Assembly: GCA_963788195.1 (NCBI GenBank)
Contig: CAWBGA010000005.1
Coordinates: forward strand, 64,001-128,000
Source: Nitrospirota bacterium
GTDB taxonomy: Bacteria; Nitrospirota; Nitrospiria; Nitrospirales; NS-4
Direction: 5' to 3'
Length of the DNA stretch: 64,000 nt
The translations under genes and the position numbers were made by a program. Below are positions 1 through 10,951 of the stretch, piece by piece. The notes under the pieces are model-generated. The model made no database searches. It saw nothing but the letters and a program-made list of their open reading frames with translations, and was not told the origin of the DNA. How positions within the stretch are numbered: the first letter of the stretch is position 1; each line of letters opens with the position of its first letter.

Positions 1-20
1 GTTTGAAGTCCAGGCTCCAA

Positions 21-326
21 TTACGAAGCCGTCTTAGTTTTCGAGGAAGGACCTGTTTCGGCAGCCATGAAGCGTGGGTCGAGTGGAAACCGTTCTGTTT
101 CGTCGTGTAGGTTGTTCATCCAGCGGGTCAACGCTTCGACGGCGCAGAAGCGACCGCAGAAATATTGAAGGGAGGAGTCGGTAAAGCTCTTCGTTGCCCA
201 GTCGGCAGTAAGCCCGAGTAGTTTAAAACAGAAGCTGTTATTTTCAAGCGAGACAGCATAGCAGTGGTTGGTGTGCTTCTTTACCGCCTGACAGTTGTCG
301 CATACGATCTCAGCGACGATGGGCAT
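21..326 (-). CDS. Small putative zinc-binding protein
   Basis: CDNC...YFCGRFC cysteine pattern; AGGAGG RBS upstream on the minus strand. Confidence 0.6.
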   Translation of the reverse strand: MPIVAEIVCDNCQAVKKHTNHCYAVSLENNSFCFKLLGLTADWATKSFTDSSLQYFCGRFCAVEALTRWMNNLHDETERFPLDPRFMAAETGPSSKTKTAS

Positions 327-581
327 GCAGACCTCCTATTATTCGAATCGAAGGCAAGGCTCTGGAGAGCCGGACAGTAGGTTTCTACACCGTTATCTTG
401 ACATAGGCAATAACACATGAGTGTAACACCTACTAGATAGTATCAAAGGATCCTATAAAAGAGACAACAGCGATCTCAGGAGGGATTGTAACTGGGGACA
501 TCCAAGCGGCGGGATGGGCTTGGGAGGCCCTTCAGGTATAGACTTCGGGCAGAGAGCGAGAGAACCAACGCTGCGTGCCAC

Positions 582-1079
582 CTAGAGTAGATAGAACCCT
601 AACGTCTGCTGCGCGTGCGGTTCAAGATGTTCGAACTTTATTCCCATCGTCGCTCGTTTGGGCTGCGTCGTGACCCAGCAAATCTTTCCTGAGAGCAGAA
701 TGCGGGAATGAGAAGCGTCATCAAATGTCACTGTGAGCCGGAGTAAAGTTCCTATTTCGACATTAGTCAGGTAATTAGCCTCCACTCGCGTGCCTGTTTG
801 GGACACGTCCACGAAGGTGCATACCCCTTCAATTTGTCGTCCGGATTGCGTGAACTTATATTCGCCCGTCACGTGACATGGCTTTCGGCGATTTGAACGG
901 GTATTGACTAGGACGTGAAAGAAATGGCCGCACTCACAAACAAAATCGAAGGGCTGTGCGAAATGCAGCGGCCATTCCCTGATGTGACCGGCCTGTGAGG
1001 TGTTACACCCAGGACAGTCTATCCGGTAAGCGCCAGATGGCGCGGCATGGATCACAAGATGGTCGGAAGGTTGCTGCAA
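582..1079 (-). CDS. PilZ-domain protein with N-terminal zinc ribbon
   Basis: CPGC...CECG ribbon, then RSNRRK and DVSQTG, the RxxxR and DxSxxG c-di-GMP motifs. Confidence 0.75.
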   Translation of the reverse strand: MQQPSDHLVIHAAPSGAYRIDCPGCNTSQAGHIREWPLHFAQPFDFVCECGHFFHVLVNTRSNRRKPCHVTGEYKFTQSGRQIEGVCTFVDVSQTGTRVEANYLTNVEIGTLLRLTVTFDDASHSRILLSGKICWVTTQPKRATMGIKFEHLEPHAQQTLGFYLL

Positions 1080-1298
1080 AAGAATAGTCTCCTCGAGGTC
1101 GGTAAACCAGGATTTCTGCCCTATGCCAAGCGAGCGCTATCACGACGCCAGTCTTTGTCCTAATGGCTTACTTCAATCATGCACTTTCCGGACCACAGGA
1201 AAATCCTAGACTTGGACAGATAATGGTTGCCAAGTCAGGACAGCTATCCGCACTAGTTGTGTTCTTGGCTACGCAATGGGCAATCCGACGCAGGCCGC

Positions 1299-1365
1299 AT
1301 CAGCCCGGACGGCACGCGCCTAGCGTCGGGCAGTCGGGATCGGACGATTCGCTTGTGGGAGCTAA
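1299..1365 (+). pseudogene. Isolated WD40-repeat remnant
   Basis: ISPDGTRLASGSRDRTIRLWE is a canonical WD40 repeat with no intact surrounding gene. Confidence 0.55.
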
Positions 1366-1562
1366 GTGTATCCCCGGCGATGAGCTTATTGCAACGACCG
1401 CAACGTAAGTATGCCTACCGACGTTCGTCCCTCCGACAGAGGCCTTTATTTGATAGCTGGTTTAGCACACATTAGTCGAGCGGGATTGTTCTCCGGCGAG
1501 CACGCATGCACTGGAACAATAGAGGAATGACGCGCGGTGGTTTCTGACGGATTGGAGAATCC

Positions 1563-2332
1563 ATGAAGGTTGCGGTTGGGGCCAAGAGCGATGTTGGCCT
1601 GACGCGATCTCATAATGAAGACAGTCTGTGCGTCGAGCCGCAGCTGGGGCTCTTTGTCGTCTGCGACGGCCTGGGCGGGCATAATGCGGGCGAGGTCGCC
1701 AGCCACTTGGCATCGGACGTTGTTCGGAAATATGTCCGCGAACAGCGCCAGAAGGGCGATCCTGCCCTAGCCGACGGATATGATCCGCGATTTTCCTCCA
1801 GCACGAACCGGCTGGCAGCCGCGATCCGTCTTGCGAATGAGACAGTGTACCGCGCGGCAATAAGCCGGTCCGACTACGAGGGCATGGGCACGACAATCGT
1901 TGCGGCGCTTCTGGAGGGTCCGGTCGTCTCGATTGCGCACGTCGGTGATAGCCGTGCGTACTTGGTCCGGGAGGGAGCGCTCGCGAAATTAACTGAGGAT
2001 CACTCTCTTGTTGCCGAGCAAGTTCGCCGGGGATTGCTGACCGAGGAGGAGGCCGAACACTCTCCTCAACAAAACATCATTACCCGAGCGATCGGCCTGG
2101 AGGCAGACGATCGAAGTGACGCTGAATGAGTTGACGCTTATTCCGGGAGATTGTTTCCTATTGTGCTCCGATGGCCTGACTAAGGGCGTCAGAGCAGCCC
2201 AGATCCTTGACGCGATTCAGGCTGCGCCGGATCCTCAGGCCGCTTGCAGACCAGCTTGTAACCTTGGCCAATCAGGCCGGCGGTGAGGACAATACGACCG
2301 TGATTGTGATCATGACCGGCCGGCAAGGATAA
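1563..2332 (+). CDS. PP2C/PPM Ser/Thr phosphatase (Stp1/PrpC-like), two frameshifts
   Basis: NEDS, VCDGLGGH, AHVGDSRAY, ITRAIG; continues in other frames as LLCSDGL and GGEDNTT to TAA at 2330-2332. Confidence 0.85.
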
Positions 2333-2601
2333 AGACCATGGCAAAACTCTTGTTGTTCCGGCCTACGATGTCTAAGTAGAATAGCGTATATTAAACTTCA
2401 TATCCTGCCTCTATACTTCGTTCTGTCGCCCGGCCAATCATCACCGGTAAGGTAAGAGGGAGGCTGTTAGATGCAGTGTCCTCATTGCGACAGTCAGAAT
2501 GCCGACGACAGGCTATTCTGCGCGGAATGCCGAGCACCATTAGCGGTCCTTTCGACGGCGAGAAAACTGTGGCAGCGAATTTTCGATAACAATAAGAACC
2601 G

Positions 2602-3603
2602 TTAGTTCGGTTTGAGTGGAGTGAGCATCGCATCGAGACACTTGCCTATGTCCTTTGCCAACGAGTCTATGTCCATTGGTTCATATCTAATGACGCGACG
2701 AGTACTCATGTCAAAGGGAAGGTTGTCGGTTTGTTGAGATATAAGTATCGTTTTTTTGTTGACGCCCTCTGCATATCCTACTTCGTAGAAAACATTCGGA
2801 TTGTTCCCGGTTAAATCTGCGATTACCAGCTCAGCAGCCCGAATTGTTTTGTGAACCCGGTCAATGATATCTCCCACAAATACTTCTTGGTCGGCTCGTT
2901 CACATTTCCGTTGTCTCTGTTCAATGGGTGCCTTCATCCCAAAATAATACGCATTCTTAAACTCTTTTGCATACGGCATGGCGACGAACAGATGTGGTAG
3001 ATCCAGGCGATCAATCGCAGCTTGCTCAGTTACTGTTGCAGGGTGAGGAATGATGAAAAGCCCACTCTTATCGCGAAACAATAGATTCTGAGACACCAGA
3101 AAATCTGTACGCTCCTTGAGTCGTTGAAACACTGTTTCCTCTTTTTCAACGAATTGAATTTCACGTACATTCAGAGCTTCTTTAAGGGAGCCGATTATTG
3201 TGGTAAACGCAAAAATCATGGTCTGCATGGCTTCGGAAGAGTCCAGCCCGTCTCCAGGCCCGTGGACCGCTGTGGCGATAATCGATGCATCTGTTTCCCT
3301 TTGGGCCAACTCTATAATTCTTTCAGCATAATGGTAGACGGAGTGATACTTAAATGGCAGATCTTGTTTATGAAAGTTGATGACAAAGAGTTTTGAGAAA
3401 CTTAACGAATCAAGGTGTTCTAAAAGGATATGAGGTTCCTTCTTATTATTTTTGCATTCCCTCGATAGCCTGCCATTTAGCTTCTTGTCGATACACTGTT
3501 CCGGTCTTGAAAGCGGTGAATTTTCAATGTGCTTTAGGAAGACGACCGGACATGAACTATTGATAATGTCGTCGTGTATAACGGAGATCTTTACCTTGTG
3601 CAT
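2602..3603 (-). CDS. Macro-like N-terminal domain fused to nucleoside 2-deoxyribosyltransferase/TIR-like domain
   Basis: C-terminal FVAMPY...IADLTGNNPNVFYEVGYA is the NDT-like signature; N-terminal ISVIHDDII and ATAVHGPGDGL loosely resemble Macro motifs; AT-rich. Confidence 0.65.
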   Translation of the reverse strand: MHKVKISVIHDDIINSSCPVVFLKHIENSPLSRPEQCIDKKLNGRLSRECKNNKKEPHILLEHLDSLSFSKLFVINFHKQDLPFKYHSVYHYAERIIELAQRETDASIIATAVHGPGDGLDSSEAMQTMIFAFTTIIGSLKEALNVREIQFVEKEETVFQRLKERTDFLVSQNLLFRDKSGLFIIPHPATVTEQAAIDRLDLPHLFVAMPYAKEFKNAYYFGMKAPIEQRQRKCERADQEVFVGDIIDRVHKTIRAAELVIADLTGNNPNVFYEVGYAEGVNKKTILISQQTDNLPFDMSTRRVIRYEPMDIDSLAKDIGKCLDAMLTPLKPN

Positions 3604-3882
3604 AAATCTCTCCTGCTACCCTTGCCGAATTGCTCCTTGTGGGTAGGATAACCTACAAAAGGACATACTTTTCCATACCAAGGAAGTTGCGCCTGATACA
3701 ACGGCAAAATGGGGGGATACTTGGGGGTTCGGTTAAGCAAAACTGGGAATGTCTCAGATGGCAACTGGTACTGCAGGAACGTTCCTTGGCCACCCATTGA
3801 ATCAAAGGACCGCCGCTTTATAATGGAGCAGTGCAGGTGAGAGGTTGCTCTCTGTATCATTCTCGTGGACAAACCAAGGGCA

Positions 3883-4091
3883 TGTATCGTTCGTTTATTC
3901 TGGTGCTGACGCTAACGTGCGCGATTTTAGCGGCGTGCGACGGGCCGACACGGTACAAACGTCCAGCTGGCATGACGATGGAGGAGGGGCAACGGCATCT
4001 CGATGAGTGCCAGCAGCAGGCTCGCCGGGTGTGGTTGTCCCAAAGCACGCTCGAGAGATGCATGGCAGAGCGTGGCTTGGTCAAGCAATAG
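3883..4091 (+). CDS. Small lipoprotein
   Basis: Signal peptide with LAAC lipobox and a further Cys pair. Confidence 0.55.
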
Positions 4092-4392
4092 AGAGGCTGT
4101 TACCAACACCTGCGCCGGATACTGCTCATTGGAATACAGACTTAGAGAATCGGAAGATGCACTCGAGATACGGAGCTTGTATGTCCATTCCGTTATCCCG
4201 AACTGAAAAAGCGAAACTTAATTTCCTCCACCTCGAAGGAGACAATTTTGTGCACTGGCGATGAGCAACGTGCCCCTCTCTCGGCAGGGCCCGAGTAAAT
4301 AGCGCCCGCTTTGGGACAGGTTATAGAGAAGGAGCCGCACACGATCCACTTCGTGGCGGGAAAGTTCGAGGAAAGAACCGCTCAGTGTGCCA

Positions 4393-5343
4393 TCACACAA
4401 GCAGACAGGTTTCTGGCTGAATTGGGATGAGATCCGGCTTGACGACAGTTTCATCCTGCACATCAGGTAAAGCTCCTGAAGAAAGATAGGGATGATTCTC
4501 GTAAAATTGCCTGATCTGTGTCAGTGAGAGAACAGGTGTAAGTGTTTCAGCAAGGCGAGCTTTTCCAAGGTTCCAGCAAGGAACTGCGGGCCATTCATGG
4601 TGCTCAAAATGATATGCGGCTCCATGTGGAGCAAAAACAATGCTGGCCCAATAATTCAGATGAACCCTATGGGTGCTTCTCGTTCCAATATGCTCCATCC
4701 AAATTCTTAATCTAAAACTCGCCCAAAAGGATGTGCAAATCGAGAAATACCACAAAGCTAGAATCCAACCATTGCCGGTCAACAGACACACGACCCAAAA
4801 CGAGGAAATCATCACAACGGGGCCGGCAATGTCTACGGGCGAGTGTGGCTTGATACACAGAATTAACGACCAGACACCTTTGACGCCAAAGCCTAGTAAA
4901 TCTTTTAGAACATATTTCAACAGAGCTCCGCGTCTTAGCGGTAACCCATACTCGAGAGCCCATTGCTTATGTTTGATCTCTGGATCAGAAGAAGTCCCCA
5001 CAGTACGATGATGAGCGAAGTGAAAATCCCGATACCCCTTCAGCCCTGTCGCAAGAGGCCAGAAGGTCAACAGACACGTCAGAATGTCGTTTAAAGACTT
5101 CTTTTTTGACGCCGTATGGTGAGCGCCATCATGCCCCATAATAGACAGGGCATGTTGCCGATTGCCGATGACAAGACTTGCGAGCCAATAGACAAATAGA
5201 TTCTGAAAATAATACGCCACTCCGAACGCGCCCACAATATAAAACCAGTCTACAAACGCAAGGCTCAACCAGCGCAGGGAGCTTGGGTCGCTTAACTGCT
5301 TTATGTTTATTCCGCTGTCCTGAGTTATTTCAGTTTTGCTCAT
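4393..5343 (-). CDS. Membrane fatty acid desaturase family protein
   Basis: Three His boxes HDGAHH, HFAHH, HFEHH plus TM helices; start uncertain (ORF extends to 5409). Confidence 0.85.
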   Translation of the reverse strand: MSKTEITQDSGINIKQLSDPSSLRWLSLAFVDWFYIVGAFGVAYYFQNLFVYWLASLVIGNRQHALSIMGHDGAHHTASKKKSLNDILTCLLTFWPLATGLKGYRDFHFAHHRTVGTSSDPEIKHKQWALEYGLPLRRGALLKYVLKDLLGFGVKGVWSLILCIKPHSPVDIAGPVVMISSFWVVCLLTGNGWILALWYFSICTSFWASFRLRIWMEHIGTRSTHRVHLNYWASIVFAPHGAAYHFEHHEWPAVPCWNLGKARLAETLTPVLSLTQIRQFYENHPYLSSGALPDVQDETVVKPDLIPIQPETCLLV

Positions 5344-5653
5344 GGGTGAACTCCACAAGCTCAGCGTCCACATGCACGGGCATGACCCTGCTGCATAGGA
5401 ATGGTCCACTTACCCTATCGACAGAATTGATAATGTTCTTAAGAGGGTCTCACAGATAGATGCACGTCACGTGTCCACACCCCCTGACAGCGTATGACAA
5501 GGGCTGACACGGCGATCGCCTTCCTTCCAAAAACGGCCACACGCCGTGCTTATCCTGTCGTTCACAGCCCCCGCAGAAAGTCTGGCATTACCCACGACGG
5601 AAGGATTCGGACCCGACTCGTTCGCCATACTTTCTTTATGGTAAGTTCGGGCT

Positions 5654-5893
5654 ATGCCAAACGACGATCTCCTCCGCATACTTCGCACCTTGACCGAGAC
5701 GGCAAGTCGCTTCGAGAAGGCAGCCGCGAAGCATCGCCGCATTGAGGCCGAACGCAGCGCGCTGCAGGAAGCGATCACCGCGGCGCAGCTGTTTCTGTCT
5801 GTACACCAGCGCCGGCCGTTGGCACGAGGGGTAGAGGAGTCTGTCCCACGGGCCAAGGCCCCGTCCCGGCGGGGCCGGGGTGCGGCGGGGTGA
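5654..5893 (+). CDS. Hypothetical protein whose 3' end runs into a repeat module
   Basis: Helical 79-aa ORF; the last ~19 codons derive from repeat cluster 5837-6008. Confidence 0.35.
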   Translation: MPNDDLLRILRTLTETASRFEKAAAKHRRIEAERSALQEAITAAQLFLSVHQRRPLARGVEESVPRAKAPSRRGRGAAG

Positions 5894-6008
5894 AATGACA
5901 CTCCAGGCGGGAACTGAAGACATCAGGGCAGAGAACTATCCCGGCGGCCTTAAATAATCAACAGGCCTTCGGGTCGAGCAAGCTCGGCTTGGCGGGCGGG
6001 TGGAAAGT
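5837..6008 (+). repeat. Modular hairpin repeat cluster (modules A and B), G-rich strand +
   Basis: GGCCCCG-TCCCGG-CGGGGCC hairpin; CCCGGCGGCCTTAAATAATCA..AGGCCTTCGGGTCGAGCAAGC shared with six other loci. Confidence 0.9.
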
Positions 6009-6150
6009 AAGGAACCTCAAGGAGAAGGCTCAGAAGAAGCCGAGGTTAAAGTAAAAACCGGCGCGTACATCCAAATCCATTGCGTTTTCGTAGTGCCTAG
6101 AGTAGACCAGCCCGAAACCCTGAGGAGAGACCATCCGTGTCTCGCAGTTA

Positions 6151-6708
6151 ATGAAATTAAAGAGCTTCGGACATATCAGCATCGTGGTCGACGACGTCGA
6201 TCGGGCGACGCAGTTCTACCGCGAGAGCCTTGGCGCCGTCCCGGTACACGAGGCCGCGCATTTTAAGAATATTGGTTTTGCGAAGGGCGCCGGTTTCCTG
6301 AACAATCCCGGTGAAGTTGATGTCTCCATCAGGTTCCTGACGCTTCCGCTGGCTGCGCCGGTATTCTTAGAGCTCATGCAGTACCACGCCCCTGTAGGAA
6401 ACGGCCATGTCCGGGATGCCAAAACGAACGATGTGGGCGGCCCCCGCCATATCTGCCTTCGCGTGGAGAATGCTGACGAAGCCTTTGAGCACCTCAAGGG
6501 GTGTCCGGGCGTGCGGATGATCAATGGGTCGCCGGACTACAAGCCTTACAAGCTCGACACTGTCAGCGCCCATCAGGTCAGGTTGTTTGATCCACAACTT
6601 GAGGCGAATCCCCAAGCTAAAGAACAGATGTGCGAGCTTGTAGGAAAGCTCAAGTTCTTTTACTTCGTCGACCCGTACGGCGTTCAATGGGAGATCGAGG
6701 AAGGCTAA
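6151..6708 (+). CDS. VOC/glyoxalase family protein
   Basis: FGHISIVVDDVDRA, LELMQY, RHICLRV, FVDPYGVQWEI metal-binding motifs. Confidence 0.85.
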   Translation: MKLKSFGHISIVVDDVDRATQFYRESLGAVPVHEAAHFKNIGFAKGAGFLNNPGEVDVSIRFLTLPLAAPVFLELMQYHAPVGNGHVRDAKTNDVGGPRHICLRVENADEAFEHLKGCPGVRMINGSPDYKPYKLDTVSAHQVRLFDPQLEANPQAKEQMCELVGKLKFFYFVDPYGVQWEIEEG

Positions 6709-6720
6709 TATGAGGCGCAT

Positions 6721-7512
6721 ATGGCGGTAACCGTTCAGGACGCGAAAGTCTATCTGGTCGACCAGGGCTCAGGGACGCCGACATTATTTTTGCATGGCGT
6801 CGCCGACTCGTCCGACGTCTGGTCCGGAGTCATTTCGCGCCTCAAGAGCCATTACCGATGTCTCGCTCCCGATCTGCCGGGATTCGGTCGCTCGACGGCG
6901 CCGGAAAATTTCGATTGTTCATTGCAAAATATGGCGGATTTCGTGAACGGACTGGTCGACGCAATCGGCATTCACGAACCGTTGAATCTGGTCGTGCATG
7001 ATTTCGGAGGTCCATTCGGCCTGGCCTGGGCCGTCAAGCATCCGGAGAGGATCAAACATCTGGCGATCATGAATACGCCGTTCTTTTCAGATTATCGCTG
7101 GCACTTCTGGGCACAGGTTTGGCGCACGCCGTTCTTAGGCGAGCTGAGTTGGCAGCTTATGAGTCGATGGGTGTTCACCCAGGAAATGAAACGCGGGTCG
7201 CGAAAACTGACGGCCGCGCAGATCCATGAGATTTTCGACCGGATCACTCCCGCCATGCAGCGCATGATACTACGGCTCTACCGGACGACCGATCCGGAAA
7301 ACTTCAGAGGCTGGGAGGATGAGCTGTTGAAAGTGACCGCGCGGGTTCCCACCTGGGTTCTGTGGGGAGGACACGATCCCTACATTCCAAGGAAGTTTGC
7401 GGAGCGCTATGGCGCTCAATCGGTCCATTACTTTCCCGACAGCGGACACTGGGTCCAGCTTGAAGAAGCCGAGGAGGTTTCAAAGAAGCTGTTGGAATTC
7501 TTCGCCAAGTAG
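6721..7512 (+). CDS. Alpha/beta hydrolase (epoxide hydrolase/haloalkane dehalogenase-like)
   Basis: FLHG, DLPGFGRS, VHDFGG (Asp nucleophile), SGHWVQ. Confidence 0.9.
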   Translation: MAVTVQDAKVYLVDQGSGTPTLFLHGVADSSDVWSGVISRLKSHYRCLAPDLPGFGRSTAPENFDCSLQNMADFVNGLVDAIGIHEPLNLVVHDFGGPFGLAWAVKHPERIKHLAIMNTPFFSDYRWHFWAQVWRTPFLGELSWQLMSRWVFTQEMKRGSRKLTAAQIHEIFDRITPAMQRMILRLYRTTDPENFRGWEDELLKVTARVPTWVLWGGHDPYIPRKFAERYGAQSVHYFPDSGHWVQLEEAEEVSKKLLEFFAK

Positions 7513-7561
7513 TCACGCGCCGTTTTCGCGCTGCGTAAACAGGCAATCAGCCGGGGAGGCC

Positions 7562-8980
7562 ATGATGATCTTCGAGCCATTCTCCATCAAGAACGTGACA
7601 TTCAAAAACCGGATCCTTAGGTCTTCGATCGGCGGCAAAACGTCGTACTATGACGGGACCGTGAATCCCGCCTGGAAGCGTTTCGAGAAGCGCTTCGCCG
7701 AACAGGGCGTCGCGGCGATCATCTCTGCGACGATTACCGTAGACGAGCGTCGTTGGGCGCCCTTGGAGTACCCGAAGCTGTCCCAGGACCGGTTTGTGAA
7801 ATCCATCCGCGAGGCGGTCCAAGCTGTTCAGGCGCAGGGATGCAAATATATCCTGCAGATCGGAGACGGGGGCTACCACACCCAGACCAGCTTGTTCCCG
7901 CAGGAGGAGGACTCGAAGTCGGCTTCCTCTGTGTTCGATCTTGTCTTCGGGTATAGAAATCGCAGCACTGCAATGACCACGGAGGAAATCCAGGAGACAG
8001 TGCAGAACTTTGCGGCGGCGGCCAGGCGGGTCCGGGAAGCCGGCTGCGACGGTCTGGAGATCACCGCCTCCAAAGGCTACATCATTCATCAATTTCTGAA
8101 CCCGGCAACGAACCGGCGAACTGACGCCTATGGGGGATCGGTAGAGAAACGTTTTCAGTTTCTGCGAGAAATCGTCGAAGCGGTGCGAAAAACGGTCGGC
8201 AACGATTTCTTATTCGGCATCCGCTTGTCCGCTGTCGACTTCAACTATCTTCCGGTGAACATTCGATGGCCGATCGTGTTTCCTCTGAGACATTACTTCA
8301 TGGGGAATGGCTTAAAAGAGACTCTGTACTACGGCCGGGAATTAGCAAAGCTGGGAGTCGATTATCTGCACATCTCAAGCGGGTTCGGCTTCATAAACCC
8401 AAAGGAAAGCCCGGGGGCATGGCCTGTGGACGAGTTTCGGCTGTACGCGAATGCTACTCGACACCTGAGCGGCAAGGCCCGCTTCCGAGCCGGATTGCTC
8501 AACCTACTGCCCCGGGCGCTGCTTCGAGGGATCTTTGGACTTGGATGGGGTTTCAAGCCGGCCGTCAATCTGGACTACGCCGATGCGTTCAGGAAGGCCG
8601 TCGGACTTCCCGTCATTGCCAACGGAGGCTTCCAACGCAAACACACCATCGAGGAAGCCTTGACCACCGGCAAATGCGATCTGGTGTCAATGGCGCGTCC
8701 CCTGCTTGCCAACCCCAACCTCCTCAGCCTCTTTCAGCAGGGTATCGACGTACCACCCAAGCCTTGCAGCCATTGCAACCGTTGCTCAGTAGCCACTGCG
8801 GTGCTGCCGTTGGGGTGCTATGACCCTTCCCGGTTTCCTTCGCAGGAAGCAATGGAAGCTCAAATTATGTGGTGGTCTGGCGGCCCTGAAGATGTGGAAG
8901 CCGAGAGCGAAGGGTCCTTTGCTCAGGAAGAGGACCTTGCGCGGCATGGTGTGCGCAAAATGCCGATGAGCCGTAGGTAG
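7562..8980 (+). CDS. NADH:flavin oxidoreductase (Old Yellow Enzyme family)
   Basis: FEPFSIKNVTFKNRI, AGCDGLEI, GYIIHQFL, NRRTDAYGGS, ARPLLANP, C-terminal CSHCNRC; GGAGG RBS. Confidence 0.9.
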   Translation: MMIFEPFSIKNVTFKNRILRSSIGGKTSYYDGTVNPAWKRFEKRFAEQGVAAIISATITVDERRWAPLEYPKLSQDRFVKSIREAVQAVQAQGCKYILQIGDGGYHTQTSLFPQEEDSKSASSVFDLVFGYRNRSTAMTTEEIQETVQNFAAAARRVREAGCDGLEITASKGYIIHQFLNPATNRRTDAYGGSVEKRFQFLREIVEAVRKTVGNDFLFGIRLSAVDFNYLPVNIRWPIVFPLRHYFMGNGLKETLYYGRELAKLGVDYLHISSGFGFINPKESPGAWPVDEFRLYANATRHLSGKARFRAGLLNLLPRALLRGIFGLGWGFKPAVNLDYADAFRKAVGLPVIANGGFQRKHTIEEALTTGKCDLVSMARPLLANPNLLSLFQQGIDVPPKPCSHCNRCSVATAVLPLGCYDPSRFPSQEAMEAQIMWWSGGPEDVEAESEGSFAQEEDLARHGVRKMPMSRR

Positions 8981-9061
8981 CTCCATCCACCCATTAGTCG
9001 CAGCATCAACCGTGCGCCCCTTTTCTATTTAGTTTTCCTTCACATCCCTCTGCCAAATAGG

Positions 9062-9077
9062 TGGCAGACCTATTGCA
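9062..9077 (+). promoter_or_regulatory. Putative sigma-54 -24/-12 promoter
   Basis: TGGCAGACCTATTGCA (GG-N10-GC), ~70 bp upstream of the di-haem gene. Confidence 0.5.
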
Positions 9078-9149
9078 GTCTCCTGCCTTGTAGTTGGCGT
9101 GGGCTCATCCCTGGATCGAGTTCCATTTTTAGCTCACAGAGAGGGAACC

Positions 9150-10496
9150 ATGAAGAGAACCAAGTATGTCCTCCTATTTCTGATCATCGGATTCGTCAGC
9201 GTATTCTTTCTCCAGCCTTTGATCCTGTCTTCACAGGCGGACTCCAAATCCCGCAAAGAGCGGTTCCGTCATAGCGGCCCCATCGAGAATGAAGATGCCG
9301 CCGATGAAGACGAGAAGAGGGTGGCGGCGACCGAAGCGCCCACTGGCTTTGATAACCTGACCAACGGCTTTACAGAGCAGGGGCCGCCGTTTGAGACAAT
9401 AAATGAGGATACCGTCGTGCCTCTCGCGTCATTCAATGATAACCGGTTCATCTTCGAGGAGGTCGAGAAGGTTCAAGATGGCCTGGGGCCTACATATAAC
9501 GGGCAGAGTTGCAGGGAGTGCCATCAAAACGTCGTGACGGGAGGCGCCAGCCAGGTTTCGGAGTTTCGGTCCGGGCGCGTAGAAAACGGCGAGTTCTTTG
9601 AGTCCTTGGGCGGCAGCCTTATCCAATCACGCGCCACTCATCCCGACATCGTGGAGCGGGTGATTCCTGGGGATGGCGTCCGGACCATTGCGTATATCGA
9701 CAAACACACTGGGAAACGGCTTTGTAGAAGCCATATCCAACCGGACGATTCTCGCCATCCGTGACAAACAGCCTGAGGAGATGCGCGGAACCGCCTTAAT
9801 GACGACGGTCCTCGAAGGGAACGGCCGCCCGCGAATCGGGCGTTTCGGATGGAAAAGTCAGCATGCCAGCCTCGAATCATTTTCCGCCGATGCCTACCTC
9901 AACGAAATGGGTATCACCAGTCCTCTGTTTCCTGATGAGAACACGTCGCGTGATCTCTTTGTTGGATTCGGTTCGGGGTATGATCCGGTTCCTGAGCCCG
10001 AGGACGATGGTGTAGATGTTGTGGCGTTCGCGAACTTCATGCGAGCCACAAAAGCTCCGTCCCGGGGGCCCATCACCGCAGGCGTTCAGGCGGGCGCAAC
10101 CGTGTTTTCCCGGATTGGGTGCGCGGTGTGCCACACGGCTTCGATCACGACGGCTCGGGCGGGCGCGAAAATCAACGGAGGCGCGTTCACGATCCCGGAG
10201 GCGTTGGGAAGAAAGATTATCCATCCCTACAGCGACTTCCTGCTGCACGACATTGGGACAGGCGACGGCATCCCAGTTCTTCCTACACCGGAATTCGCCT
10301 CGACGGCGAACCAGATCCGAACGGCGCCCCTGTGGGCGCTTAGGACGCGCAACCGGCTGATGCATGACGGTCTCTCATTCACGACGCAGGACGCGATCCA
10401 AAGGCACGCCGGGCAGGCCGCAAGCGTGACGGCAAATATAACGCACTGTCAGACGCGGAAAAGAATCAATTGTTAATGTTCTTGGACTCGCTCTAG
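9150..10496 (+). CDS. Di-haem oxidoreductase (DHOR-like) cytochrome c, two frameshifts
   Basis: Signal peptide, DGLGPTYN..CRECH, GRFGWK, CAVCH, YSDFLLHD, RTAPLW; pieces 9150-9764, 9673-10476 and LLMFLDSL* ending 10496. Confidence 0.85.
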
Positions 10497-10500
10497 AGCA

Positions 10501-10950
10501 CTATCGCCAGGGTCGGGTATGAAGCAACTTTGCGAGAGGCTTATCGGGGAGAACGGCAACCGAACGTCTACGGATCAGACGAGTCACTAGCAGAAGCGCC
10601 GCAACCACAGCCAGGAGAAATGCCGCTAACCAGGCAGCGGAGAGTCCATCGTTTGAGTCGGTGATTGCGTGAGCTTCGGCCGGTCCCGGCGGAAAACCGG
10701 CGGCACTGGTCTGCGGAGAGGCGATTTCCTGAATGTCGGGTAGAGCGCTTGTCCTTAAAGGCGCGGTCGGGGCGTCGATTCGGGGCTCGGTGAGACTTTT
10801 CCGCGGCTCTTTTCGGGGTAGCGCTGCTTGCCGGTTGGGCTCGATACCAGGGCGCGAAGCTCTCACCCATTTCCTCGCCATCTCCTTAGCCGTAGGCATG
10901 TCAATGATGTGCGGCATGCAGCCGCCGGCGGCAATGAAGAGCGCCAGCAT
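10501..10950 (-). CDS. Hypothetical lipoprotein/membrane protein
   Basis: AAGGC lipobox-like motif, Pro-rich linker, C-terminal TM helix with basic tail; start uncertain. Confidence 0.4.
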   Translation of the reverse strand: MLALFIAAGGCMPHIIDMPTAKEMARKWVRASRPGIEPNRQAALPRKEPRKSLTEPRIDAPTAPLRTSALPDIQEIASPQTSAAGFPPGPAEAHAITDSNDGLSAAWLAAFLLAVVAALLLVTRLIRRRSVAVLPDKPLAKLLHTRPWR

Positions 10951-10951
10951 T

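Noticed and set aside
5941..5992. Pistol ribozyme suggested by TTAAATA
   Set aside because: The P1/pseudoknot complementarity and the conserved downstream core are not present
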